DNA from: Takakia lepidozioides
Taxonomy: Eukaryota; Plantae; Bryophyta
Assembly (NCBI GenBank): GCA_030704615.1
Contig: CM060732.1
Span: 49,042,001 to 49,106,000 of the forward strand
Length of the DNA stretch: 64,000 bases
Direction of reading: 5' to 3'
Each line of letters starts with the position of its first letter. Within the stretch, counting starts at the first letter, position 1. The notes under the pieces were generated by a model that saw only the letters and a list, made by a program, of their open reading frames with translations, had not been told where the DNA came from and ran no database searches. Both the position numbers and the translations under genes were made by a program. Of the stretch, positions 1 through 11,917 are shown one piece after another.

Positions 1-379
1 GCCATTTTATGGTGAATCACCACGAAGACCCTCGATTCCCGGTGATGAGTCGCGGTGAGTCTTGGCCCTCCCACCACGGCCCCATTGGACCGTGGTGAGT
101 CCCAAGACTCCCCACAACTCCCACCACAAGGTCTCCGCCCCGTGGTGAGTCCTATGCCACCCCCACTAAGTCCCACTAAGCTACCACCACCCCTTGTGGA
201 GCCACCCCCACCGCAACCCGGTGTGCGGGGCTCCACTTAGTGAGCGCCTCCGCCTCCTTGAGTGCCTTGGGCACTCAAGGGTGCTTCAGCCCCCCGTACC
301 TATTGCTGCCACCGCCCCCACCACATGGGCAGCCCCTCTGCGTCCCGACCCTCTGCCCTCAAGGCAAAGGGCCACGACA

Positions 380-960
380 GTTATTTGGTTGCATGTTTGG
401 AAACTGAAAAACTGCAAGCTGGTCCATCAAGATGCTTGTGTATACATGTCTTGAATCTGTAGTATGGCAGGCTATTCTTACCTACCCAAGGGGCTTTGCA
501 TGATGCATGTCTTGGGGTAATAACAAATGGTAAAGAATGAGGCTGCAATATGCTTTGTCATGCCCAAGAGGGTTACTTGGTTGCATGCTTGGAATTTGCC
601 CAAATTGCAGGCTAGTCCATCAAGATGCTTGTGTGTACATATCTTGAATCTGTAATATGGCAGGTTGTTCTTACTTGCCCAAGATGCCTTGCATGATGTA
701 TGTCTTGGGGTAGTACTAATAAGATAGGCTGCAAATTATTTTGTCATACCCAAGATGTTTGCTTAAAGGGCATGTCTTGAATCTGTAATATTGCAGGTTG
801 GCTTCACATACACAAGATGTTTTGCTCTAGAATGCATGTCTTGTTGTAATTATGATGCCAGGAAAGGGTATGACAGGCGCAACAATCTGATTTTTCAGTA
901 CACAAGATGTTTGCTTATATGCTTGTCTTGTTGTCATGACTTGTACATAAACAAACCCCG
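380..960. repeat. Imperfect tandem repeat (~190-bp units) rich in CAAGATG/ATGTCTTG motifs
   Basis: ttggttgcatg..ttggaa...ccatcaagatgcttgtgt..acat..cttgaatctgta.tatggcagg recurs at ~385 and ~577, with partial copies from ~770. Confidence 0.6.
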
Positions 961-1290
961 CCCTCCCACCCTGTTTATCATGAATGATTGGGTGAAATCA
1001 ATTGGGAAGTCATGACTAGAATGGAAGTGTTAGATGGTGCCCTGTTTATGGGCTGTTTATGTCTTTAATTGACAATGACCCTAATAGGGTCTTGTCCATG
1101 TCTTGACATGACATGAATATCTTCCCACTCTCTCCATCTCTTTTGTCTCTCTCCCTCTCCTTCTCTCTTTTTAACCTTTTCTGCACCCTCTCTCCCTTGT
1201 GGTTTGTTTATTTTTGTGAGCAGCAAAAAAAAATGGAAGATACTTTTTGTCATGTCAAGACAAAGACAAGACCCCTAGGGTCATTTTCAT
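950..1290. repeat. Dispersed repeat module with internal hairpin (copies at ~12550-12750 and ~13470-13715)
   Basis: aacaaacccc..cctcccaccctgttt and gggtcttgtccatgtcttgacatgac recur at 12552/12688; the reverse complement occurs at 13530-13715; 1086-1126 pairs imperfectly with 1235-1273. Confidence 0.7.
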
Positions 1291-3129
1291 GAATAAGAAG
1301 AATAATTAGACATATCAGCCACTTAACAGTGGCACCATCCATCAATCATCAAGCTTAGAAAATCCAGAATTACATCCATGCACAGTAATGTGTTCATGTT
1401 AGTAATATTCATAACCCAAAGAGTATTTCACTTATGCTGATTGACCACCAGTCGTGATCATGATACACATTCAGAGGTCTGGGTAGGATGGCGGGTACTT
1501 GACCATATTTTGGCCTTGATGTGGTGCAGGTCAAATGGTCATACAGATTTACAATCCAGATTGACTAATTTCCGCAAGCTGTAATCCAAGCATACTTACT
1601 CAAACCCCATGGGTGTCATGGAGGGTTTTTTTAAAAAAAGAAAAAGAAAAAAAGAACTTGGATATCACAGATTTAAATACCTTGCCCTGCCAGTATTTGC
1701 TTAAACTGGTCTGCAGTACAACTTGCCCCCACAGGGGAGGGGGATAAGTCTGGTAAGTTTTCCAGAATATCCCTATACTGTTATTTCTTGCTACAGCTGA
1801 AACTCAAAGTTCATGACACAACAAGGTAAAAATAAAGGACTGCATACACATCCTGTGATAGTATATGATACTGTCAGCACACCCTATTCACATCATTCCA
1901 CGTTTGACCACGTCATTACACCATGTCCAGGGGGTATTTCCACTTAACCACCCTGGTTGCCTCAAAAACCAGTCACCAATTATATTGCTGCCATATTTCA
2001 GTGTTAGCCGAATAGCCACAAGCAGAATCTTCACTATACCTTGGCCTAAGCATCTTGCTAACAAAGCCATCTAGGTTGGAACATAACAGGGGTATTTTAC
2101 CATCAGGGGTACCTGAGTAGCTGCAGCAAATAGTTCATTGCAGCCTCTCCTTTTGTTTCCAACTACCATAAGGCAAGCAAAGCAAACTAGGGCCTGAAAA
2201 ACAGATGTGTGTCTCACACAAGCCATCATAAACACGGCTGTCACAACCAAGCAAAGGTCTTCCACTGGCTGGGCCGAAATAGCCCACCTCAAACAGCACT
2301 ATACTTGTTCTTCATAGATAAAAGAAAGAGGTAGGATCAAGAAAAACCATAGAGTAGTTTAGTTTTTCAACATTTTAAGATGAAACCCACCAATCCCTTC
2401 CCCAGCTCTGCAACCCACTTGGCATCCAGCAGCACCTAGACATCAGCATATTAAGTGGAAGCCCTCACCTGTGCCCGTCCCAAAAACAACCACAACGCAT
2501 TGTGAGTTAGTGAGTATGCACGAGGTGAGTAGCAGGCTTCCACACTTGCTATCGAGGTCAAATACACTTGAATCTAAGCACAGAGAATGCCAAAGAAAGC
2601 AGGGAAGCAAGACAAACAGAAAAAGAACATTTTTTTATTGTTTGGGGGTCGTCATCTCTCCACAAGCCCAACCGTGCAGGGAGGTCTCCGCCAACACCAC
2701 AACACTGCTACCTTAACCAAAGCAAAGTCTTGCCAAGCACAAGAAAAAAGAGCTTTGTCTCATAAGGTAGGGTTTATAAAAGGAGGGAGATAGAGACTTC
2801 CTTGTTCTACCAAGACGCCGCCATTCATCAAAGATCCAGAGGAGGGCTCCTAGGGAAACTTCACAAGCAGGCAGGTTGTACCTCCGCCGTCACTGCCTTT
2901 GTTCCCTTGTGCAGCAAAAAAACAGACAAATGAGACAGTGAATCTTCCCTCATCTCTAAGCCACCGCCATCGCCTTAAAGAGCCCGTAGAGGCGACGCTC
3001 ACAAGAGCCTTAAACACTCCAGGGATTGGCAGCTCATGGTATCTGCAGCACGAGCATCATCGCCACTTCTAAGCCACCATCGCGCGCACTCTCGTAACGC
3101 AAAAAGAAAGACATTAGGGTTGCGCAGGG

Positions 3130-3530
3130 TTTTACCCTGTCCGGCTTGTCATTCATCATTCTTAGGATGAAAAACATCCGCTAGCCCATACGTCCGACGG
3201 ACGTTGTCCGTTTCTCATTTGTGTAAGATGAAAAACATCGTGTGTTCATCCTGTCTTGAACTCAACGGATGTAGTCCGTTTTTCATCTAGGTTAGATGAA
3301 AAACATCGGGGGTTTTTTTATTCATTTATACCTGTCTTATCCCGTATTTAGGTCCTTCCAGCTTTTTTTCATCCAGACCTTGGATTGAAAAAATAAATAA
3401 TGACGGGAGTTTTGCAATCAGTATATTCCAGGTTGATGTCTGGATGAAGCAAAACCTCACAGGTATTAATGAAGAAATGTCTCACTAGGGAAAAAAGGAT
3501 GTATTCTGGATGAAAAACATCTAAATTCCC
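3130..3530. repeat. Array of GATGAAAAACATC / CATC..GATG short inverted motifs
   Basis: gatgaaaaacatc at ~3166, 3227, 3296 and 3509, plus variants. Confidence 0.55.
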
Positions 3531-3539
3531 TGCAACCCA

Positions 3540-3908
3540 ATTTTTCAAGAGTACTCATCCCCTCTGTGTTGGCCATGTTCTTCATGAGGGATTGCCAACC
3601 ATGCTCATTGGCGTAGTTATACTCTACCAGAGATGGCTTCCTCTCAAACGCGCGTTCCTACACATGCCACAAATTAAAGTCAGTTTTTCGCGATGATGGA
3701 GCCAAAAAGAAGACATAACAAAATCCATATGGAAGTACGACTTACAAATCGCAAGATAAAACCATTGGATCCGCCGGCGCCCCACTTGTGTGTGGATTCG
3801 TGCTTGTCAAGGTGGACTGTTGTTGCTTCGCGTGCCCGATCAAATTTGGCCTTGTTTGCGGCATCAGTCTCTCCCGCAATGAGTGCATCCCACGATACCT
3901 ATGCACAC

Positions 3909-3947
<39 letters not shown>

Positions 3948-5630
3948 CAATTAGTGAATTACACACATACGTTGCATCGAATCCACCTCATTAATGCACA
4001 TGCGACAAATGGAAGGTGACATGATTCAGGATTTGCCAACCTGTGTAATTCCATAAGGTGGTTTGGGTATGGCCCCCTTTTCCATTGCCCTCCGAATGAT
4101 CTGTCTAGCACGGTACCTCCTGTCCTTTAAGTTTCGCCCCACCATCTCCATCACCCTTGTGTCACTCCAATTAACAGGAAACCGGCGGTCTAACTCACGG
4201 GCATACGCCCGCTTTGCACCAAAGTGCTGATCAGCCCACTCGATGTGCAAAGGGAACCACCTCAATGCGAGTTCAAAGGCTAGCTTCTTCATAGCCTCCC
4301 AAAATGCACCGCAGGGGTCACCATGGCGATTAACCTCCACCGGTGGCACCACGATCTTTGCCAACTCCACGTCCTGTATCGCCAAGGCCATCCCACCCTC
4401 TCCCTTCTTTGTAGCCTCCTTCCCCTGCTCCTTTGTTACCCCACTGCCCTCCCCCGCATGCACACTCACCCCTTCCTCTCCATGGGACTTCTTTTTCTTC
4501 TTCTTCTTTTCCTTCCCCTTTTCCACGACCATCTCCTTCCCCTTTCCCGCTACTTCCTCTCTCTCTCCTTCTCCCTCTCCCTTGATCTCGGGAGATCGAG
4601 GCCTCTTCTTCTTACCTTTGGTGTTCGGGTCATTCATGAACACCACGTGCTCTCCCTCATTGGCAACCCCACTGGACTGCACCAATGAGGCCAGCCATGT
4701 TGCTGCCTCCTGAAGACAAATAACCCCTCCAAATTCAAAAAAAGAAACAAACAACAAAGAAAATCATGCATGCAAAGGAAAGGATAAATCATGGAACAAG
4801 GTGCGACAGTTGTACCTTTGCAAGCTTGTCTGACTCGCCCCTGGTGTCACCCGATATGGGAGGAGTCCCCGTTGCCGGATGTGCCCGCTCTATCCCCTCC
4901 CGGAGCGCCACTGGAAGTAGATTCCAGATGTGGAGCATAGCCAGCGGCGGCGCCCTGTAGTCCAGGCCCTTCTTTGTTGACCGCTCAGGCTCAGGGGGCG
5001 GTGTCACTAATCGGCTAGGCTACTCCGAACCGGCCCATACCTCCTCCTCTCCCCCCCCCCCCCCAAATGCGTATCAGGATAGAAGCCCTCACCCGGCTTG
5101 ACTTCTTCGAGGCGCTTCGCTATCTGGGCCACTTCATTGGCCCTCCTCGTCTCCTCCTCCCTCATCGACAACAATGGGCTGGCAATGGAGGCTTTCAAAG
5201 GCCCTTGAACCTGACGTTGGGCCTTGGCAAGTGCAGCCTTTGCTGCGGAGGAAGGGGTCGCTATGGGGGTGACATCCAAAAAGTGCCCATACCGGGCCCC
5301 CGAACGGGTGATGTGCTTGCCAAGGTACATTTCACCCGTCTTGGTGGCCGGGGGTGTGCTCAACTGAGCATCCGGCTCAGCAACAACCTCCCGAATAGGA
5401 GAGCTAGCTGAGCCGGCCCCTGGCGCATCCAAGATGTGGACAAGAGGGGGGGTACTGGCCTTGGGGGGCAGACGAGCCCTCCGGCTGCGGCTGTCGACGG
5501 GGCTGGTTAGCCGTGAGACGCCCTGGCGCGTCACATGTGCCGGCAGTGCAAATGGATTGTCCGCCCCTTTCTTCGGGGCAGGGGACTTCTTCTCTTTCCC
5601 CATAAGCTGGCACCTATCATGCAAACCCAC
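3540..5630 (-). pseudogene. CACTA (En/Spm) TnpA-like gene (Transposase_24/Ptta-like), spliced, 3'-truncated
   Basis: VEVNRHGDPCG...IEWADQ...VMEMVGRNLKDRRY...PPYGITQ (ORF 4026-4757), then GT-AG exons VSWDALIAGETDAANKAKFDRAREA...THKWGAGG (~3745-3897) and ERAFERKPSLVEY (~3540-3657): typical TnpA pattern; in-frame stop near 5007. Confidence 0.65.
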
Positions 5631-5869
5631 AAGTTGGCCTCATTAGGAACATTCCAGATCAAAAACAAAAAAAACCAAGCATGTCGGGGGCTGAGAACAG
5701 CAAGTGCTCGGGGTCTCGAGAGGGGGCAACAAAGAGAAAAGAAAAAGGTGGGGGGGGTGACTGAGCACCACTAGCAGCTGCTGAGCACCACGGGCTCAGT
5801 CACTCCCCCTCCCATTTTTATTTTTTTTGGTTTCCTGATCTCTCCCTCTCTCTCCCTCTCTCTCCCTCT

Positions 5870-6420
5870 CTACTGGGAATTGGCAGTTTGCTATCAGTGT
5901 TGACTTCTTGTTTTCTCATCCTCTATCAGGCTTTTTCATCCATACCGGATGAGCCACCAGGATAGACACTGAATTACCTCTAGGATGGTTCTTTTGGCCT
6001 TTTCATTCCTCATTTATTGACTCTCATCCATACTGGATGAGTCACCATGGAAGAAAAGAATTACCTCTATGAAGGTTGCCAACAACATCCTGTTTTTCCA
6101 TCCGTACTAGATGAAAAACTACCAGGGTGATAATTTTTCATTCCTCTTTTATTGACTCTTTTTATCCATACCGGATGGTCTGGTGAGGAATGATAGAATT
6201 ACCTAGATGGAGGTAAGGCGCTGCCACGGATGATATTCCCTACTTTCTCATCTTGACACAAGTGAGATGTCTATGGGTGATGTGATTATGACCTGGAATT
6301 GATCTTTACTACCCCTAATTATGATTAATTACGGTGGAAACCCTAACCCCTACCCCAAAACCTATTTTTAACCTTGCTATGTATGAAATCCGTCAGGGTA
6401 TATGGATTCGTCCTACCGTT
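5870..6420. repeat. ~550-bp direct repeat (second copy ~11000-11530) with CATCC-N4-6-GGATG palindromes
   Basis: Near-identical from ctctactgggaattggc to atgaaatccgt at both loci; repeated catccataccggatg and catccatactggatg. Confidence 0.85.
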
Positions 6421-6871
6421 TTTCATCCACAGATGAAAAATCGGGGGACAACCCTATGTTGTCTCTCCCGCTATCAGAAGCACGCAATGTGCTTCTGAGC
6501 TCGCGAGGAGAATGTTATGGCGGGCGTGCTTTGGAGGCTGCCCTGTTTGTGGTGTCGTACCCATGCTGGACGAGCGCCTGGGGGGGTGCAAAGGCGGCGC
6601 CTTGTCTCTCTTGCAGCGGGAAACACCACTATGAAAGCAGTGGCATCTTCCCTCCTTTGGCTTTTTCTGTGCTTAGCAAAAATGCTTATGATGGGAAGTT
6701 CTCTCCCTCTTTTCTAGTGCATTGCGTTTGTGCCTGCTTTGTTTCATTGCTTATGTGCTTTGTGGAGGCGGCTTGCTGCGGGTGGTGATGGCGCATAACC
6801 CTCTTCCCCAATCGCTTAAGGTGCCTTTGGAGTTTAGGGATTCTCATGTTCTTATCTCTTTCTCTTGCTTT

Positions 6872-7240
6872 TGAGTTTCTTAGTTGACATCGATGACAAG
6901 TGTGAGGGTCTGTGATTCACTTGGGGTTCCACAATCCTCACTAACCTGTTGGTTTTTGTGGGGGCTTGTGATGGGACCAAGTGAGGATCCTCACCTACTT
7001 TGAAGCTTCTTTAGCATGCAGATTGGGATATGGGCTGAGAAGACCTGTGGGTTTTTGCGCTGTGCGGTGGCTGCTGCCTGCAGCCCCGATTTCAACCCGA
7101 CAGCTCCTGGTTTGGCATGCTACAGACTGGTTTTTGGCCTTTGTCGTTCTGTCGTCGATGCGCAGTTTGGCCTGACTGGCCTGTCTCCTGAGACTTGCAT
7201 ACAAACCATACCCTACCTATTGATCTTTGACAGCAACTTT
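6872..7240. repeat. Direct repeat module (second copy ~11536-11900)
   Basis: gagtttcttagttgacatcgatgacaagtgtgagggtctg...atacaaaccataccctacct...tctttgacagcaa shared; ORFs 6995-7204 and 11658-11867 are paralogous. Confidence 0.8.
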
Positions 7241-7586
7241 GGAGTGCAAATGAGATAACAAAAATCTGGTTATGGGTCCAAATGACTTTTGTTTACTCCC
7301 AAATTTTGCACACACATTGCATATGCTATCATTAAGCATATGGCTTGAAAATGGAATAAAAAAAAAATCATCTGCAGGCGAAACACAATTTTCCGTCTCT
7401 ATGACACGTAGCTGCGTTCAACACTAGAATGACCCATTGAATCAACTTGGTTCAAGCTCATATTTGGTCCACATGTGCATAAGTATGTTTAGATCAAAGT
7501 TGCAAAGTTGCAACCCACACAAGCAACAAGAAAAAATTTACATCAATCAATTAATCGGATGTATACAAAGTACATCATGAGAATAT

Positions 7587-8144
7587 CTACAATGCCCCTC
7601 TACGCGATCCCTGTCTCAAAGGAACCCTATTTCTATTATACACATCCCACTCACGCTGTAATCGGAGGTCCCAATCATCCCGGGAGAACTCGTATGATGC
7701 AAATAGTTCGCTGCCAGCCCTAATAGTCCTACTAACACATGTCATCACAAACATGTGCATCCCCTCACAGTATACTGACGTATGACCACAAAAGCTCTCA
7801 TGCCCATCACTTCGCTCGTCCCATACTACATTGGTTATCCTAGGATGACCAAAAGAACTATTGACCAGCCCAGCAACATTGCCGAAGATGTCAAGGTCAC
7901 CATCACGAAATCTGATCTCAATGGGAGACAACCCCCGTCTACGTACATCTTGTCCGTTGACACACAAAATGTAGGGTAGGATGTATGGGGCTTCGAGGCG
8001 TAATGTGTCTTCGTCGAGGATGGGGAGGTAGTACCACATATCGATTGTGGCCCTAGAGCGACCATTTTTCGTGGCGAGGAGGCACCCATTGCACTTGATC
8101 CAATACAGGCTGTTGGGCACAATCGTAGAAGGGACCGGGGCCAA
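7587..8144 (-). CDS. SET-domain protein (central/C-terminal half), probable TE cargo
   Basis: FRDGD..FGNVAGLVNSS (cf. YIDA..GN..RFINHS) and MTCVSRTIRAGSELFASY (cf. A.RDI.AGEEL..Y). Confidence 0.65.
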   Translation of the reverse strand: MAPVPSTIVPNSLYWIKCNGCLLATKNGRSRATIDMWYYLPILDEDTLRLEAPYILPYILCVNGQDVRRRGLSPIEIRFRDGDLDIFGNVAGLVNSSFGHPRITNVVWDERSDGHESFCGHTSVYCEGMHMFVMTCVSRTIRAGSELFASYEFSRDDWDLRLQREWDVYNRNRVPLRQGSRRGAL

Positions 8145-8645
8145 ATTTTAGGTGATGCGGAGGATGTTGACACTCCGGGATTGAGTCGGGCGCGCCGCGG
8201 GTTGCCCCCTCGCGGGCCACCCCGTCCAACCACGTCCACCTTTGACCCCCCCGACAGGATTGAGTGTTGGTGCACTAAGTGTTGGGAACGGATACCGTCA
8301 GGCGGCACCAGACCACCGAGGCGGCGACCGCATGTTGTCAAAAAACATTACAAGAAGAACAAGGTGCGGATGCGGCAAAGGTGAGTGTTTTTCTCACCCT
8401 CTCATTAACGTTCATTTAAGGTACATTTAGGTTTATCTAATAATATAGTATGATTGGTAAGCATACATGAATCAAAATTACGACATAAGTATTGATGCGT
8501 CGTTCACTACGCACATTGCAGGCACAACTTGATGCCCAAGCTCGCAATCACATTGCACAAGAGGCATTTTGTGCCGGTCTACTTACAGAATTTGTGCCAG
8601 AGCATGTGCCCGATGTGACCAGTTGGTTCCCCCAGCAGCACGTAG

Positions 8646-9179
8646 ATGAGATGCGTAGGGTCGAGGGGTATCGTAGGTATCGTATGCGTTATGGCCGGCG
8701 ACGAGCAGGCCCACCCCCCCCCCCTCCAGTTTCCTCAGGCGGTCCCCCTGATTGTGGCGCGCCCCCCGTTTGTTTCTTTGCCGGACGTTGTACCCCCGGC
8801 TGCACCTCCGACATTACATCCTCAACCACCTCCACTTTCATCTCCTCCGCCAGCAGTACCACCTCCACCTCCACGTGCATGTGCCCCTCGAACCCCTAGG
8901 AGGGGTCGGCTTCGCCCTAGGTTTCCTCCCCTTCGGCTTGGGCGGCCTGAGCCGGATCCTCGCCCCCGATGGGAAGCGCATAGGACTATGTTACTGAGGA
9001 CCGTCCAGCCTCGTTGTTGGGGGAATCATCTCGACCCTCCTACCCCCATCCGAGAAAATGTGAAGTTCGAGTATTGGGGGAGACGATATGTTGTGAGAGC
9101 CGCTACAGACCCTGCTATGGGTCGGGGTTTATTCACGGTCAATGATATTGTGGTTTCCTCACCATCCCATCTTAATTAA
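8646..9179 (+). pseudogene. Proline-rich ORF ending in the N-terminal SET motif, truncated
   Basis: YVVRAATDPAMGRGLFTVNDI matches SET motif I GxGLFAxxDI (~9120-9149); the frame ends a few codons later at a repeat junction. Confidence 0.5.
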
Positions 9180-9689
9180 CACACACCACCAACACTTTCA
9201 TTTCTCAAAAACCATTGGCAAAAAAACCCTATGTCGCACGTGGGTGCCGCGCCCTTTTTTTCCCCTAAGTGCTTGAAGCATCTCTTTCCCCTCCCGTTTT
9301 CGTTTGTTCTTTGGGAGAGAGGTAGTTCAGAGAGTGGGGTTTAGGGTGGAGGAGAAACGCACCTGCTGCTGAGCCCGAGGTGGTTGCAAGGCCCCAAGGA
9401 GTTTGCCCCAACGCCGCTCCAACGCCCAAGGTAAGCACCGCCTCCTCCCTCACTTTCTGTCTTTCTTTCTTGCCCTAAGCACGGGCTGATGTCTCTCTCC
9501 CCTGTGTGGTAGGAACGCCGCGCAGAGGCGCGACCTAACGAGCTGAAGAGAGAGAGAGAGAGCCGTGGTGAGCGGGGGAGAGACGCCCTACAGCGGCGGG
9601 GACCCGCGCCGCTGGCAGCCGCGACAGCACCGCAGCAGCTCGCCGCGCCAGCTCGCTTCAAGCACCAGCAGCAGCAGAGGTACATCAGG

Positions 9690-10945
9690 GAAATTGCACC
9701 TTCCCTTTCCTCTCTGCTTCTGTTTACTGTTCAAATGTAGTCTTCCTGCCCTGACTTTAAATTTAGGTCTGGTGCCAAGAGTGGGATAGACCCTTGAGCG
9801 CAACCATGATGTCATCCCCCATGTCACAGATTGGAAACAGGTTCAGGGAAGTTTTATTCCTAACTTCATTTTCATCGGACAATTTTCTGGTAATAGACAT
9901 GGCTTTGGACACTACACTCTCTAAGTCAAGTTTATCCAGCAAGGTCAAGACTTGCGGGTCCAGATTCAGATCCTTGAGAATCTCTTTTACTCTCTTCTCC
10001 CAGGGCTCACCCTGTTTGACAGGGCGGTCCTGTTTCCAAGATATAGAGTCGATTAACTTGGGATATCTGGTGTTGGACATATGTTGCAGCTCAACCCACC
10101 ATCTGACCTTGAATTTAGGGTGTCACTCCTCCTGCTCAGTCACTCCTCCCCCCCCCCCCCCCCCACATTCTCTGTTTTTCTTTGTTGCCCCCTCTTTTGG
10201 AGAAACAAAAGGGATTGATCCTACCTCTGTCAGGGGCTGACGTTGGTAGTAAGACTTACCATCACATATAGAATTAATCCGGGTTTTCCAGATATCCTCT
10301 ACAAATCCCTTCACACAAGCATCAATCTGTTGTGTGTGAGATGCCCAAAAACTAGGCCTCAGAAGGGGCTGGGCTTTTGGCTCAGCCTCGACTTTTTCAA
10401 AGGTAATAAACAGAGGTACATGCACAATTCCCTTGATAGATTTGAAGAGAGCGTCTCTTTGGTGAGAGAACCCCGGACAGTGTATCAGAAAATGAGTATT
10501 GTCTTCAGATTGCCCACACAACGGGCAATTGCACTCTCCCTTTCCTCTCTGCTTCTGTTTGCTGTTCAAAGGTAGGCTTCTTGCCCTAAGTTTTAAATTT
10601 CAGTCTAGTGCCGAGAGTGGGTAGACCCTTGAGGTCATCCAAGATGTCCTCCCTCATGTCACTGACTGGAAACAAGTTCAGGGAAGCTTTCTGCCTAACT
10701 TCACGTTCATCAGACAATCTCATGGCAACAGACATGGTTGGACACTACAGCCTCTAAGTCAGATTTATCCACCAGGGTGAAGACTTGCGGTTCCAGGTCC
10801 AGGTCTTGAGAATCTCTTATACTGTCTTCTGCCAGGACTTAGCCTGTTTGACAGGTCGGTGGGCGGTCCTGTTTCCAAGATATAGAGTCAATTAACTTAG
10901 GATATCTGGTGTTGGACATATGCTGCAGCTGACCCCACCATCTAA
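9690..10945 (-). mobile_element. Two tandem, internally deleted non-LTR retrotransposon ORF2 3' fragments
   Basis: LKFKLRA..LPLNSKQKQRGKGECNCPLCGQSEDNTHFLIHC (zf-RVT-like CCHC knuckle); 9690-10110 duplicates 10540-10945. Confidence 0.6.
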
Positions 10946-11917
10946 CCTCCCCCCCCCCCAACCCATTTTTTTTCATTGTTGCCCTCTGTCTCCCTCTGTC
11001 TCCCTCTCTACTGGGAATTGGCAGTTTGCTATCAGTGTTGATTTTTTGTTTTCTCATCCTCTATCAGGCTTTTTCATCCATACCGGATGGGCCACCAGGA
11101 TGGACACTAAATTACCTCTAGGATGGTTCTTTTGGCCTTTTCATTCCTCCTCTATTGACTCTCATCCATACCAGATGAGTCACCATGGAAGAAAAGGATT
11201 ACCTCTATGGAGGTTGCCAACAACATCCTATTTTTCCATCCGTACCGGATGAAAAACTACCAGGGTGATAATTTTTCATTCCTCTTTTATTGACTCTTTT
11301 TATCCATATCGGATGGTCTGGTAAGGAATGATAGAATTACCTAGATGGAGGTAAGGTGCTGCCACGGATGATATTCCCTACTTTTTCATCCTGACACAAA
11401 TGATCTGTCTATGGATGATATGATTATGGCCTGGAATTGATCTTTACTACCCCTAATTATGATTAATTACGGTGGAAACCCTAACCCCTACCCCAAAACC
11501 TATTTTTAACCTTGCTGCGGATGAAATCCGTTATGGAGTTTCTTAGTTGACATCGATGACAAGTGTGAGGGTCTGAGATTCACCTGGGGTTCCACAATCC
11601 TCACTAACCTGTTGGTTTTTGTGGGGCCTTGTGATGGGACCAGGTGAGGATCCTCACCTACTTTGAAGTTTCTTGAGCATGCAGATTGGGATATGGGCTG
11701 AGGAGACCTAGGGATGTGCGTGTTGTGAGGTGGTTGCTGACTGTAGCCCCGATTTCAACACAACTGCCCTTGACTTGATATGCTCCAGCCTGCGTACTGA
11801 CCTTTTTCGTTCTGCCGCCGATGCGCAGCTCGGCCTGACGGGCTTGTTTCATGAGGCTTGCATACAAACCATACCCTACCTTTTAATCTTTGACAGCAAA
11901 GCCTGTGGATTACTAAG

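Noticed and set aside
6338-6356. AAACCCTAA telomere-like motif (also ~11477)
   Set aside because: Single unit inside a dispersed repeat; not an array
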